Shown here piece after piece: positions 22,201-32,596 of a stretch of DNA of 64,000 nt. Within the stretch, counting starts at the first letter, position 1. Every line of letters begins with the position of its first letter. The DNA comes from Carpediemonas membranifera BICM. Its lineage: Eukaryota > Protista > Fornicata. The DNA is taken from positions 607,666 to 671,665 of the forward strand of contig JAHDYR010000062.1 of the NCBI GenBank assembly GCA_019828565.1. The letters run 5' to 3'. Below the pieces are notes generated by a model. That model did not search any database, was not told the origin of the DNA, and worked only from the letters and a program-made list of their open reading frames with translations. Position numbers and translations under genes: made by a program.

Positions 22201-25017
22201 GTGGTGCGGGGGCAGGTTTGCTAAGGAGCTCCGTTCGACCCCCAGCCTTGCCCAGGGCGGTATGACCCACCACTCCCTCAGCTCTACTGCCCTAGCGAGT
22301 GTGAGCAGGACCCTGGAAGTCTCGGCGAGAGCCTTGGTCACGGCCAGCGCGGCCATTGCCCTGAAGAGACGGGCGGCCGACTGGGCGATATACACAGTAT
22401 CTGCGGCCAACTCGGGGACACTGGTCGCGCGGCTGATATATAGCTGGAGTAGCATGGAGATCTTGCCCGCGTTGGTCGACCGGTCGGCGGGCAGGTCCGT
22501 ATCCCGCATAGGAATGGGAGCTTTCTTCCGGAGATCGCGGATCCGCGCCATCTCATCGACACGCACGGGGAGTTGGGCGAACTCACTTGCGCGGCTAAAG
22601 AGAGAGATGATGTCATGCTCCATGGAGGAGGAAGCACAGCGGTCCAGGCCTTCGAGAAAGGTGTCGACCGTGGAGTGGGTCAGGTAGTACTGGGACGCGA
22701 TACCGCCAATAGCGGTCGACTCTAGGGTTGAGTCAGATTTTGTGATAAATTTGAGCGATACGAGTCTATCAACAACAGACTGAGCGATCGACTCCAGCAA
22801 CAGAGCTCTACGCCCGGCCATGCGCTCGCCCTCATCCTCCAGCTCCTCCACCCGGGCCATTTCCTCGCCCCTGCCGAAACTGGCGATGATCTCGGCGCAG
22901 CGATAGCGTTCCCACGCCGCCAGGGCACGAACGGTAAAGTATGTATACCCGAGCCATTCGACAACGTCCTCGACTGATGATACCGTACCTGAGGCGACCT
23001 CGGCGTTCACAGCGTCCACCACACGTCTGAGGAGCTGGCTCTCGACAGCCATGCTGGCATTCATCACACGCACGTAGCTCTGCATCTTGGACTGCATGCT
23101 GAGTATGACGCCCACGGCCGGGGCCTGGCCGACTGTCCTAAACTGCGGCCGGCCAGCACGGCCGATCATCTGAAGAATGTCCATGGTCGAGAGGTCTGTG
23201 AACTTGCCGTGCTCAGGCGAGTACACGTCGGTGCCCTTGATCACGACAGCGTCCGCCGGGAGGTTAACTCCCCAGGCCAGGGTTGACGTCGAGACGAGCA
23301 CTTTAAGGCTTGTGGGTTTGGCGAACCAATCCTCGACAAAGCGGCGGTCCTCCTTGCACATTCCTGCATGATGCACCGCGACGCCCTGTGGCATGAGTCC
23401 CTTGAGCGTCTCGAACCTGACCTCCTCCGCATCCACCGTCTCTCTGCCGAGCGAGCCCGTGGTCAGCTCGGCCTCGAGCTTGGCGAGCTGTGCAGCGATA
23501 AACTTGGCGGTGGACTCGGTCTCCTTGCGTGCATGGACGAATACGAGGACGGAGCTGTACTGGTTCCGCATCTCCACGCTGTTGTCCGACACCCGCGTGA
23601 GCAGGCCCCTCAGTCTGAACCAAAGCAGGTCGTTCAGATTCCTGTGCTTCTTGAGCGGCTTGCCCGCATACGGGTTGGCTTCTATGATGTTCGTGCTCTG
23701 GTCCTCGAGCCCGAAGAACTCTTGGGTAAGGGGCACAGGCCGCCGCTCGGGGGGGACGAAGACGACGTGCGAGTGCTGCTTGGGTCGGGGGATGCCGAGG
23801 AAAGACGCCACGTCCACGCGGTTCGGGAGGGTAGCGCTCAGCCCAACCAGCCGCACGTCTCTGGCGGTGGCGCGGGGGCCGTGGACCTCTCGCCGCAGTT
23901 TAGCGACGATGGCCTCGAGGACGGGGCCCCTGGTGTCGTGCAGGAGGTGGATCTCGTCAATGATCACCAACTTGATCGCATCGATGAATGTGCTGATTCC
24001 CACATTTCGCAGGATAATGTCGAACTTTTCCGGAGTGATGACGACGAGATTAGTCGCGGTGAGCTCGCGGGAAGAGAGCGAATAGTCGCCACTGAGCTCG
24101 TTCACTACTATGCGCGGGTCAATCTTGGTCAGCTGGCCCCTAAACTCTCGCACCATCTCGCTTACGAGAGATTTCATCGGTGCGACATAAACTGCTTTGA
24201 ATAAATCAAAAGGTGCGTTGGCAGAGCATGTCTCCATGGACTGTTGGAGGAGCTGCAGGATAGCGAGCATCGCACAGTTCGTCTTACCCGACCCAGTGGG
24301 GGCGCAGACGAGCATGGGGTCGGCAGTCTCGAATGCGGGGTGGTAGGCCCTGCTCTGCACTGGGTTGAGGGTGAACTCGGCGTCTTCTGCGTCAGCCTCG
24401 GTCTCACCCTTGATAAATGCTTGTACGAACGTTCGGGGGAAGTCAGGGTGCTCGTGGAGCTTGATGAGAGTAGTCTGGTCCTCCGTGGCGGCTGTCGGGG
24501 TGCTCGCCACTCGGCGCCAGACTCGGACGGCCTTACCTTCGCGTACAACAGAGGGAACTGTTACTAGCTCGCCTCTCTCGCTCGGGTCGGCGGCGAGCCC
24601 TCGAGCGGCGGAGATCACGTCGATGTCGGCGGGGATGAATGATTCCAGCGGGGTTACACTCTCGGGGATCAGTGGCTCGTCCATGTCAGAGCCGCTTTCG
24701 AGCTCGTCATCGCTGTCCGCGGTCTGAATCTCCCTTGTTGCAGCTTTGGCGGCACGAATGGCGGAGTGAACAATCGTTAGCAGACGGAGATACTCCTCTT
24801 CGTCGCGGGATGAGCTTATCAGAGCCCGATCCTGGTCCCCGAAGTCTTTCTTGTACTTCTTACGGACGTGCGCGATGTCGAGGTCCGGTTTGTCGCCCTC
24901 CTTGGCGAAAAAACGTTCCATCTCAGTGCGAATGGCACCATCGTCAAACTCAGCGGGGGATTTGCGCTTTATGAAGCCAATGAGCTGATCCCACGCGTTC
25001 GACAACAGGTCCGTCAT
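19243..25017 (-). CDS. BRR2: U5 snRNP 200-kDa Ski2-like helicase Brr2 (second helicase cassette highly degenerate)
   Basis: APTGSGKT, DEIH, LSAT, HHAG, TSTLAWGVNLPA, QMIGRAGRPQF, Sec63-like region, C-terminal ISDAYF. ATG 25017 is preferred over the GTG at 25134. ASCC3/Slh1 is less likely because the second cassette lacks Walker motifs. Confidence 0.82.
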   Translation of the reverse strand: MTDLLSNAWDQLIGFIKRKSPAEFDDGAIRTEMERFFAKEGDKPDLDIAHVRKKYKKDFGDQDRALISSSRDEEEYLRLLTIVHSAIRAAKAATREIQTADSDDELESGSDMDEPLIPESVTPLESFIPADIDVISAARGLAADPSERGELVTVPSVVREGKAVRVWRRVASTPTAATEDQTTLIKLHEHPDFPRTFVQAFIKGETEADAEDAEFTLNPVQSRAYHPAFETADPMLVCAPTGSGKTNCAMLAILQLLQQSMETCSANAPFDLFKAVYVAPMKSLVSEMVREFRGQLTKIDPRIVVNELSGDYSLSSRELTATNLVVITPEKFDIILRNVGISTFIDAIKLVIIDEIHLLHDTRGPVLEAIVAKLRREVHGPRATARDVRLVGLSATLPNRVDVASFLGIPRPKQHSHVVFVPPERRPVPLTQEFFGLEDQSTNIIEANPYAGKPLKKHRNLNDLLWFRLRGLLTRVSDNSVEMRNQYSSVLVFVHARKETESTAKFIAAQLAKLEAELTTGSLGRETVDAEEVRFETLKGLMPQGVAVHHAGMCKEDRRFVEDWFAKPTSLKVLVSTSTLAWGVNLPADAVVIKGTDVYSPEHGKFTDLSTMDILQMIGRAGRPQFRTVGQAPAVGVILSMQSKMQSYVRVMNASMAVESQLLRRVVDAVNAEVASGTVSSVEDVVEWLGYTYFTVRALAAWERYRCAEIIASFGRGEEMARVEELEDEGERMAGRRALLLESIAQSVVDRLVSLKFITKSDSTLESTAIGGIASQYYLTHSTVDTFLEGLDRCASSSMEHDIISLFSRASEFAQLPVRVDEMARIRDLRKKAPIPMRDTDLPADRSTNAGKISMLLQLYISRATSVPELAADTVYIAQSAARLFRAMAALAVTKALAETSRVLLTLARAVELREWWVIPPWARLGVERSSLANLPPHHDWATAAVAGEDGFRAHVDQLTARGVSPDIGVALRRLPVPTIVDSVVYTISDSIIRISGYICLPEIFEWDSAIHGNGIVFTVLINTADGRTILGSTSVVIPSGQEEAELSVTVRHNPERSVSVCILPERWPYCDTSTILSCRDAVAPRIDSAATPLAVAPKPQYRSVLQALVPPGVDIRENSALYSPLEPEVTAAVPALLVGKADSPVVTSTLADLKAPESSVFIACRPRGAVQAACLAVCGLMRSVDVDDAISAMPGHVRAIVTAGNLTSARVHAAALSIVCSGKFTVVTLSGDPELDVHLTRISPLPVIAVGTPQAVGHATVDPIKFRTGYPQLDLTHSALFLLADLDQLSAAYEDLIIRLKAYVANHDTDNGPRIVATAMANATTPYLATWVMKEWGSDTIIPFHTQPEKANVGEVRVTPVSAPYLGTRAALACRLIAKSTPESGGVVICVTSPRVERLIRRNLSAMRPDLLDMAEFIPITAHPTAVDPAMTVVVDIEDAEPPVGPDVLSRLVCGAGQALVVTVTARHAYHDAFVRERKSLTESRFDPNIPDMQDLIPRWVYFGVLSASISRDLIESIQSSGQDAQRDEDKALDRITASFVEHVVARSYLRDRLQENPTFYHIGVTRTNRDNSNAVRGILTAALVNTMRSLKTPKYGHLGLDTVPCMLHLDSVNERAVLGLSPVGSLATKWDLPLRVVIRLYHFVSDAMGGGVQIGAATICAVIASALEDGGLALSVPLDQTDLVARAVGAGWAAAEDSGTQPGLFYLLAAVANGGLAPLSPALHAAATTAIPLAYRAAHALLALIFASVPRPGPSASSEQLEAIGKIMYNPATTVSRFLQQLTQGSAETQLDVGDGEEEEVDYIKFTQPQGDPDCEVSVAVANDGHSDTIVMPGEIQRSQRVIVIRYRADPVPSDEFEGLCEPEEGTERLVGGCVLDMSSFVDGRAVIPRYSDHVTEDARNEFVDLISDAYFEENSIYVHAD

Positions 25018-25165
25018 GCTGTGGCACTTGAATTCATCAAATGTTCCGCAGGACAAGGCTGGTCTCTGGTAAGCTCTGCGCGTTATCAGGCGTATGTTGT
25101 CGCCCCGTCTTACTCGACATAAATCATGTACCACCGTAAATGTGAAGGGCAGAATTTCGATTACG

Positions 25166-26111
25166 ATGAGCTATAGCTATAAGCCACAAACTCGACCTGC
25201 TGAGCAGCAGATGTCGTCATATAGGGCTGAGAAGTCAGTTACCATTTCTTTTTTCGTTGTTATACAGGCCACAAGGCAGTCTCTTGCATGATCGCCGTGT
25301 CGTCCGCGGCTCTACGTGGGCTGCTCGCAATCTTGTGAACAGACAGCGTGCTGAAGCCGAACAGGAAGGAACTCAGAGCGCTGGTAGCGCGAAAATGAGA
25401 ACTCGCCAAATCCGCTCGTCTGCTCGCAAAGAAGAGACTGAAATGCCTCCAGTGTCTGGCCGCGAGCACATTGACGTGCAGACAGCGCAGTACCTGGAAG
25501 AAATCACGGAACGTGTGATCGAAGAGGACAAGTCGATTGGCACTGACGCCTTTATCGACATTGTGCCCCTCCCCAAATACATCCCCCCGAAGGTCGGCGA
25601 GGACGTCGCCACCCAGATCGAAGAGGGCGAGCTCTTCGACTTCGACGTTGAGGTTGAGGCCATCCTCGAGGTCCTAGTGGGCAAGACTCTCCACCAGGCT
25701 CTCATGGAGGTTCAGGAGGAGGACGAGATGGTCGCCCTCAGACGCCGCCAAGAGGAGGCCGCTGCCCGCCGTGCTGCTGACCTTGCTGAGGTCCACCGTC
25801 TTGAGGAAGAGGAGAAACGCCGCCAGGAGGAGAAGCAGCGTCGCAAGGTTCAGGAGATGGTCCGTCTGCAGGCAGAGCGCGTTGTTGCCCGCAAGGTCGA
25901 GTGCGCGCAGGTCTCGAAGTCCTATGTCGACGGCATCTTCGACTCTGTCATGGGTGCCCTCGAGGCTGAGAACCACTTCTACGACCCTGTCGAGAGGGCG
26001 GTGGAGACCCAGGTACTGCCTTGGCTTATGGCTGAGGCCGCGAAGACTCTCGAGGAGAAGAGGGATCTCGACGCAGAGGTCGACAAACTGATTGCCGCGG
26101 CGTTCGCTTGA
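25166..26111 (+). CDS. RSP3: Flagellar radial spoke protein 3 (exons 25166-25233 and 25268-26111; 34-nt intron)
   Basis: HDRRVVRGSTW, HIDVQTAQYLEEI, PPKVGEDVATQIEEGELFDFDVEVEAILEVLVGKTL. GTCAGT..TACAG intron 25234-25267 keeps the frame (phase 2). Confidence 0.93.
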
Positions 26112-26995
26112 TTGGTATAAATACTTCCATAAGCGGTGGGGTGGGGTCACTGGGCTGTCGGGTGTGCACGCACTTTTTTGCCGTGACTACCACCGATGTC
26201 ACAGTATTGATTTTCCAGAAGCCCCGTGATGGGCAGTGTGACGATACCAGGACCAGGAACAATCGAATACGAGCTCAGCTGTGGAAAGAACAACGTGCAG
26301 GGGCTGCCGTGATTTTCCCACGTCTGCAAAAACCAACCGTTCGCGTTGTGCCGTGTAAGGGCCCAAAAGGATATAAAGACTGTTTACAACTTTCGCAGGA
26401 TAAGGGCACAGCGCTGCCTGGGTTGTTGTCCGCCGGGCGTGGTAGACCCGCGAAGTCACGGCTTCGCTCATGAGCACTGAGGCGAGGGTTCGACACCAAT
26501 GTGCCGAATTTGGGTCGATACATAGTCTAGAGAAATAATGGTCGATTCTTACCCAGTCGGAATCTGCGCACCCTTGCGGCACCTAGCATGGCATGAAGCG
26601 GACAATGGTAAAAGAGTTGTCGCTGGAGGCTTGCCAGCTTCTACGCTTGTTAAGGTAAGTGTACCTGCTCGTCAGGTTAGGCGAGCCAGACTTCGACTTG
26701 TTCAGAGCGTGCCAGGTGTATGGCATAAGGCTGGCGCTACATCGTCAGTAAGGTTACCTCGGGTAACGGGCCCGGAGCGGAGGGCGATGTGATAGCCTCA
26801 CTCCGGGCAAAAGGTGTTTCGCCGGTCAGGCGAGTCACGCAGTTTATGCGGACAGAATGGCGCAAAGTTCGGATCCGCCGGATCCGACGGCACGGTACCA
26901 GTTACGACTGGTATACTCCTTCTCCCTCGGTAAGCGGAGAGGACTTCACGTTTAACTTACACTAGCTTCCTCGTTAACATTGTGTAAATTAAGCG

Positions 26996-29900
26996 AAAGA
27001 AAGAAAGAAAGAAATTTATGGTGCTTGGATTCTGACCCCGGACTGAGCTTGTTTCCCGTTGTCTTGGAGCTGAGTGCCCCGGGGTACTGCCTATTTCCCG
27101 TGGCAAACTGGTCAGCAGCGTTTGCCTTGGGCTTTCGGTGCTACTGTCTTCGCGGAAAGCCGATTCCAATCGCCCCAGAGGCCCTGCGGCCATCTCCGTG
27201 CAAATATGCTTTCCTGTCTCCCTGAAAGTCCGGCAACTATCCGGGGAGCCTGGGGGTCTGTCCTCGGGGCATTGACAGGCAGGATCGTCCTGCAGAACCT
27301 TGACTATGACACTCCTTGCTTCCCTGCAGTCCTTGTAGAGCCGTTCAGCCACGGCACCCTCTCGTCTGTCCGGTTCCCCAATTCCATGCCCCCTCGACTC
27401 TGTTAAGAAGCCTACCCGAAGGCGGGGAAAGTGACTAAGTCCATGCTGTCTACCCCGGTTAGGTGGCGTGGGTCAGGGCATGGGTGGTGTACCCCCAGGC
27501 ACTAGGCCTGGTTGTCCTGTTACCCCTTACAACATTTCGCTTGCACTACATGTCCTTGGTTTCCCATGTCGTTAACAAGGGCGGCAGGGGCACCTGTGCC
27601 CCTCCGACCCCCGTGGCCAGTCCCTGCAGTTTCCTTGGGGTCCCAACGAGTGGTGCAACCATATGAATATGGATTTCCTTGACCTTATCCTTGCTCTGTC
27701 CTTGTTGCATGTCCTTTCTTTCTTATTTCTGGTCTGTCCTTCCTGTTATTTCCTTGCAGTCGTTCCTTCCCTTGCTTTGGTTCCTGGCTACCGGGATACG
27801 TGGGGCCTTTCCTCACTGATCCCAGGAGCTTAGCACCAGCGAGGGTGGTCCATGGCTGATTCCTTGTCCATCCCTTCCCGGTCCTGGAGTCAGGGGTTCA
27901 TGACATGCTTCTATTCCACCTTGAAGCTGTTGTAAACCTTTGCCAGCTCCCGTAGTCCTGCCGTGAGGCCTTCCCAAATGTCCTCCGAGCCCCATATTAT
28001 TAGTTGCTGTAATTCTAGGATGGGTCTTTCCTGGTACCATTCGCCCTGGGGGCCCTGCCTTACTTCCAAGTCCTTAGTTTTGTGCTTCGCTGCTGTCCAC
28101 AGCTTTGTCCAAGCTTCTCCCCTGTCTACTGCCGGGCATTCACAGATTATGTGCGCTGCCGATCCTAGCCTCTGGCCCTCTGCCCACTCCCTGATCATTT
28201 CCTGCTTCCTTGCTGGTCCTGGCTTTTCCCTAATGATCCTGTAGAACAGGCTCACCTCCGACTCCTCCGAGCATAGGGGGCATAGTCTGCTAATTTCTCT
28301 CTTCAGGTCAGCGCCTTGGGCCAGCTCTGTGATGGCTCTCATAGGGCCCTCCCCTCTCTCTGCCGACGATGGGGATGGGCTGACATTGGCTGCAATGGAT
28401 ACAATTCTCTTCCATTCCGCCCTGCTTTTGCCCCTTCCCAGCCTTTCGGTCTACCGTAGGCTTACCTTGCAGACACTTGCTTAATTTCCTTGTCCCCATG
28501 ATTTCCATTAGTCCTAGTGCCGTACGGCTTTTGCACCGCTTCATCCACCCCCTCCTGATCGTTTCCATGCCATAATCCAGTAGCGCTGGTTTAGGGGCTC
28601 CCTCTCTGGTGCCCTCCAGTAGATGCTGCACTCTCTCCCTAGCTTCCCACATAACCGTGCCCCGCCCCCATTCTCTGTTTCTGACTGGTATATCCTGGTC
28701 CCTGTAGTTGACTATCCTTTTGACTGCCAGCCATTCCATGTGTGCCTGGAGGTCCACCCATCCATTCATCAGCCTCATGGCTGCGCCCCCTCCCGGTCCT
28801 GTTCCTGCCATGATTCCCTGCCAGTCATTCCAGATCCTTCTACCTCCCGGTGCGTTCCCCCACACCTCGACTCCGAAGAGGATCCTGGGCCATATATATA
28901 TTTCCAGTAGTAGCCTGCTCGCTAGTGCTGGCATGTTTGCCCTGGTCCACCCTGCCCATCTCACCAGTCTCTTGTACCTTTCGCTCTGCTCCTGTTTCCG
29001 CCTTATGCAGGCCGACATAGGGTCCTTCCCACTTGCGATCCATAATCCCAGGTATCTCGCCTCCTTCTCTGGCAGTAGTGTTACCCCCTCGATCCTGACT
29101 AGGGCTGTTCTGTCCACGCTAATCATTACATTCTTCTGGGCGTTCACCCTCATTTCATGCTCTTTGATTATGTCTACCATTATGTTGGCGACCATCTGGC
29201 TATGCTCCGGTTTGCTCCCTGTGACCGCAGTGTCATCCACAAACATGGTAAGTGCTGCCGGTAGTCGGTCGCTGAGGTGGCTCGTGGTCCTTGGCGGTTC
29301 TCTGATGTCGTACCGTTCTCCCTTGATTTTCTTTCTGGCCAGGTGGGGCCAGTTAGCCATGAACAGCACAAACAGTGTCGGTGCCAGGACGCACCCTTGC
29401 TTAACTCCCCTGTTGGTTCTTTTCCCATGCCTTTGCCCCCTTGACTGATATCCAGGTTTCCTTTATTGTGCCTTGAATTGCCCTGATCAAGTGCTCCTCC
29501 ACCCCCATACCCTGTAGCTTATCCATGAGAATGTCCCTTGGTACCGTGTCATATGCCTTCTCGATGTCCAGAAAGATTGACGTGGTCTCACCCCCCTCCT
29601 GGTGCCGCTGCACAATGTACTGTATCTGCTGGATGACGTCCCTGTCTGACTGGAAACCAGCCTGTTCTCTTGGTATGAACCTTTTCGTTGCTGCTTCCAG
29701 ACGTATCTTGAGCAGTCTACCATAGACCCTGTACAGCAGTGGTGTCAAGGATATTGGTCTATATGATTCCGGCTTGACCCTTGGCTTCCCTGTCTTGTGT
29801 ATGGCCGACACTGTGGCATACTTCCATGCTTTGGGTACGTCGCCCTCCCTGTAGACCCTGTTGATGAGCCTCGTCACTTCCCTAAGGCCTTTCTCATCCA

Positions 29901-31106
29901 GCTCTCTCAGCATGTCTCCAGATGTGAGGTCAGGCCCTGGTGCGGTGTCCCTCCTGATCCTTTTGATTGCGGCTTTGACCTCGCTTTCCTTGAACTCATT
30001 TCCGTCCCTGCCCCTCCATGTCTTCCAGGTGGGTTCCCTGCCTCTGCTGACTCTAGCATACTGTTGCAAGAGGATCTCGCTGATGGCCGCCTTGTCCGTA
30101 GTTATCACTCCGTCCTTGAGGAGGCTCTCCGGCATTCCCTTGTATTGGTTATCACACCACCACCTTCTGATGGCAGCTTCCACTGAGGCCCTTGAGGCCC
30201 TATACCCCCCTTTTGCACTTCTGCTGAGGTCGGTCACCCATTTGGCCCTGCGCTCTCCCCAGTATTTCTCCAGCTCCTCTTTCATCCTTTCCTTCCTGGT
30301 CCTGTTGCCTATTTCTGTCCATGGGGTTCGCTGGAGTTCGCTCCACACTCCGTTCCCGAACACTTTGTCCCTTGCCTTTGCTCCCCTGTTGTTCACTGGG
30401 TCGCCCATGCATGCTCTTATAGTCTCTTCCCATTGGTCCGAGCTCTTGTTCCTGTTCAGCTTTGAGACTGTGACTGGCCCCTCCTTCTTTTTCATGGGCC
30501 AGGTGTGCACCTCGGGTATGGCCAGAGCCACGTCTCGCTCACTTCTGCCATAGTACCGTTGTTCCTTCCATGCTAGTGTGATTCCATTGTGTGCTGAGCC
30601 CCATACCCCGACCTTCTGAGACTCTACCACCTCAATCTCCGCCCCCTGGATTCCTGGTGTTGTCACTGCAAAGTCCGGGGTTGATGTTCCTGATGTGAGC
30701 GTCCCAGACTTGGGTATGATGGCTTTGAGCCTGTGCTTCTCCATCATATCCTTCCACCGGGTGGATCTTTCCATCTGGCCTGGGTCGATGTTCCAGTCTC
30801 CCATAATTATGGCCTCCATGCTCCCTTTCATGTACATGATCTTCTGTATAGTGTCCCTGAATCCATCCTTCTCCTGCTTGCTGTGGCCGGATGGAGGGCC
30901 ATACACGTTGATGACTAGTATGTCCCTGCCGGTTCTCATTATGCTGGCTTGCACTCTTCCCGATAGGCTGTCCGTTATGCCGATGTCCCACTTTGCAGTT
31001 GCGTGTGGGCTCACTATCGTGCCGATGCCTTCCCTTGTTCCCTTCCATCTTGGCGCAGGTTCGTCATTGCCTGCTATGCCTAGTTGTCGGTTGATGCGGT
31101 GCTGAC
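26996..31106 (-). mobile_element. 5'-truncated APE-type non-LTR retrotransposon (LINE)
   Basis: 15-bp TSD TGTGTAAATTAAGCG at 26981-26995 and 31107-31121; (CTTT)n 3' tail; ~0.9-kb 3' UTR; ORF2 begins within the endonuclease domain. Confidence 0.92.
27911..31105 (-). CDS. LINE ORF2: partial APE endonuclease, RT, CCHC (frameshifts near 29420 and 28340)
   Basis: INVYGP, MGDWN, SAH; YRPISLT, QAGF, DIEKAYD, GVKQG, FVDD, YLG; CPLC...HIICEC. Confidence 0.85.
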
Positions 31107-31151
31107 TGTGTAAATTAAGCGCCCCCCCCGTTGGTTAATGAAAAGAATGTC

Positions 31152-31463
31152 TGGGGCTACATCAGCTCTAATGTCACCTTGGGTGACGCCATCCGCAAGA
31201 GACGATCAATCGTTGCGCGGGTGCACTTTAAGCAGGCAGAATGGTAGAAACTTCGGCTCCGCCGACCGTCTCCCGTCTGCCCGCATCGGCCAAGGCCGAT
31301 GTACGGCTCATCCGGTAAGATGAGCACGTTCGACTTACATAGGTTGCCGGAGCGCAGGTAAGTCCCGAATATTTACTTAGGAGACCGGGGTTTCTAAAGT
31401 AAATCTTCTCCCCCCCCCGTTGGATATCAAGCGTAGTATGTGAGAAAGGCTTGCCAGTCAAGC
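31152..31463 (+). mobile_element. Solo terminal module 2 (diverged DIRS-1 relative)
   Basis: Starts TGGGGCTACATC (cf. TGGCGTTACATC); stem GTCACC-TTG-GGTGAC; GCAGAATGGTAGAAA; GGTAAG-loop hairpin; AGTAAAT..C9GTTGG; ends in hairpin GCTTG-CCAGT-CAAGC. Confidence 0.65.
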
Positions 31464-32039
31464 ATGAGGCTAGGATAGCTAGCTTGGTTATCAAGCGGTG
31501 CACTTTAGGGGAGAAGCGCACTTTAGAGTACCACTCGAGCCCATTGGCACCCGGGGTGCTGAGACGCCCGAGAGGGCGCACGGAAACGTGCAGTTTATGG
31601 CATCAGAATTTCGAATGCCCGAAGGCACATCGGGCCTAAAGGAGCCCGAGAAGAATAAATCCTTTACCCCCCTTTGGGAGTATGAGTTAGGTGGCTTCCT
31701 GTCACAGGACCATCACTGGCACCTGCGCGCGCCGATCAATGTGCACTTTAGGTCACACTTCGAAACGCATCGGCAGGTGTCGGAGCCGTTTCGGACCTGA
31801 CCGGATCGCGAGACGAGGATTTACCCGGGTCTGTCATAAGAGCTCGGGGAAGCCACCCGAAGTAAATACTCGCCCCCCCCATTTTGGTTGGATTTAAGAG
31901 GAGGGCTCTCTGTTATTGGCGTTACATCGCGCTGACAGGTTACCTCGGGTAACGGGCCGTGAGCGGAGGGCAATGAGATCGCCTCGCTCCGGCATGGTGA
32001 TGCGCCGACCAGGCGAGCCGCGCAGTTTATGCGGGCAGA

Positions 32040-32567
32040 ATGGTAGAAAATTCGGAACATCCAGATCCGACGGCAACGAGGCTCAATAACCTAGAAGCCT
32101 CAATCGCTACCATCTCGCAACAGCTTGCAAAGCTTAATCCGCCTCCTCCGCCGCCCGAGACCGAGCCGCCGAAGGAATCTCAAATTGATTTCTTCCCTGA
32201 ACAAGATGAAGCGGATATTGACCAAACACTGGCAGAGATGGATGCATACGGCGAGCTTCCGACAAAGAGACCACTTAAGGCGGAAGCAAAGTGGCTTCGC
32301 CGCGTGATGGTGATCGTCAACGCCCTCGACGACGAGCCGCTCAAAGCAAGACTCCTGGTGGAACTCCAAGCACGCCGTACCCTTCTGGACCTCAAGGACG
32401 ACAACTGGTCGGACGCAACCTGCGAACTGTTTCTCGACTTGTTCAACACGTCCCAGACCAAAACCCCCCGTGCCATCTCCTACTGCGCAGCCAAAGCCAG
32501 AGCCAAGGGTAAGAGAAAGGACCAGCCCCAGAACAAAGGGGGGTTTCACAAGAAGCACAAGAAGTAG
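32040..32567 (+). CDS. DIRS-1 ORF1 (gag-like)
   Basis: 175 aa; N-terminal coiled coil, basic C-terminus; starts inside repeat A1. Confidence 0.7.
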   Translation: MVENSEHPDPTATRLNNLEASIATISQQLAKLNPPPPPPETEPPKESQIDFFPEQDEADIDQTLAEMDAYGELPTKRPLKAEAKWLRRVMVIVNALDDEPLKARLLVELQARRTLLDLKDDNWSDATCELFLDLFNTSQTKTPRAISYCAAKARAKGKRKDQPQNKGGFHKKHKK

Positions 32568-32596
32568 CCCTTGCCACAGATGTTCAGTTCCCGTCA

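Larger units (their letters stand above)
26731..31483 (+). mobile_element. Solo terminal module 1 (A-spacer-B) of a DIRS-1-related element, interrupted by the LINE and by solo module 2
   Basis: 26731-26995 aligns with 35597-35850. It continues after the LINE as C8GTTGG..AAGAATGTC (31122-31151). The remainder of B (ATGAGGCTAGGATAGCTAGC) is at 31464-31483. Confidence 0.7.

Noticed and set aside
26112-26730. Short ORFs between RSP3 and solo module 1
   Set aside because: No recognisable motif in any frame examined.
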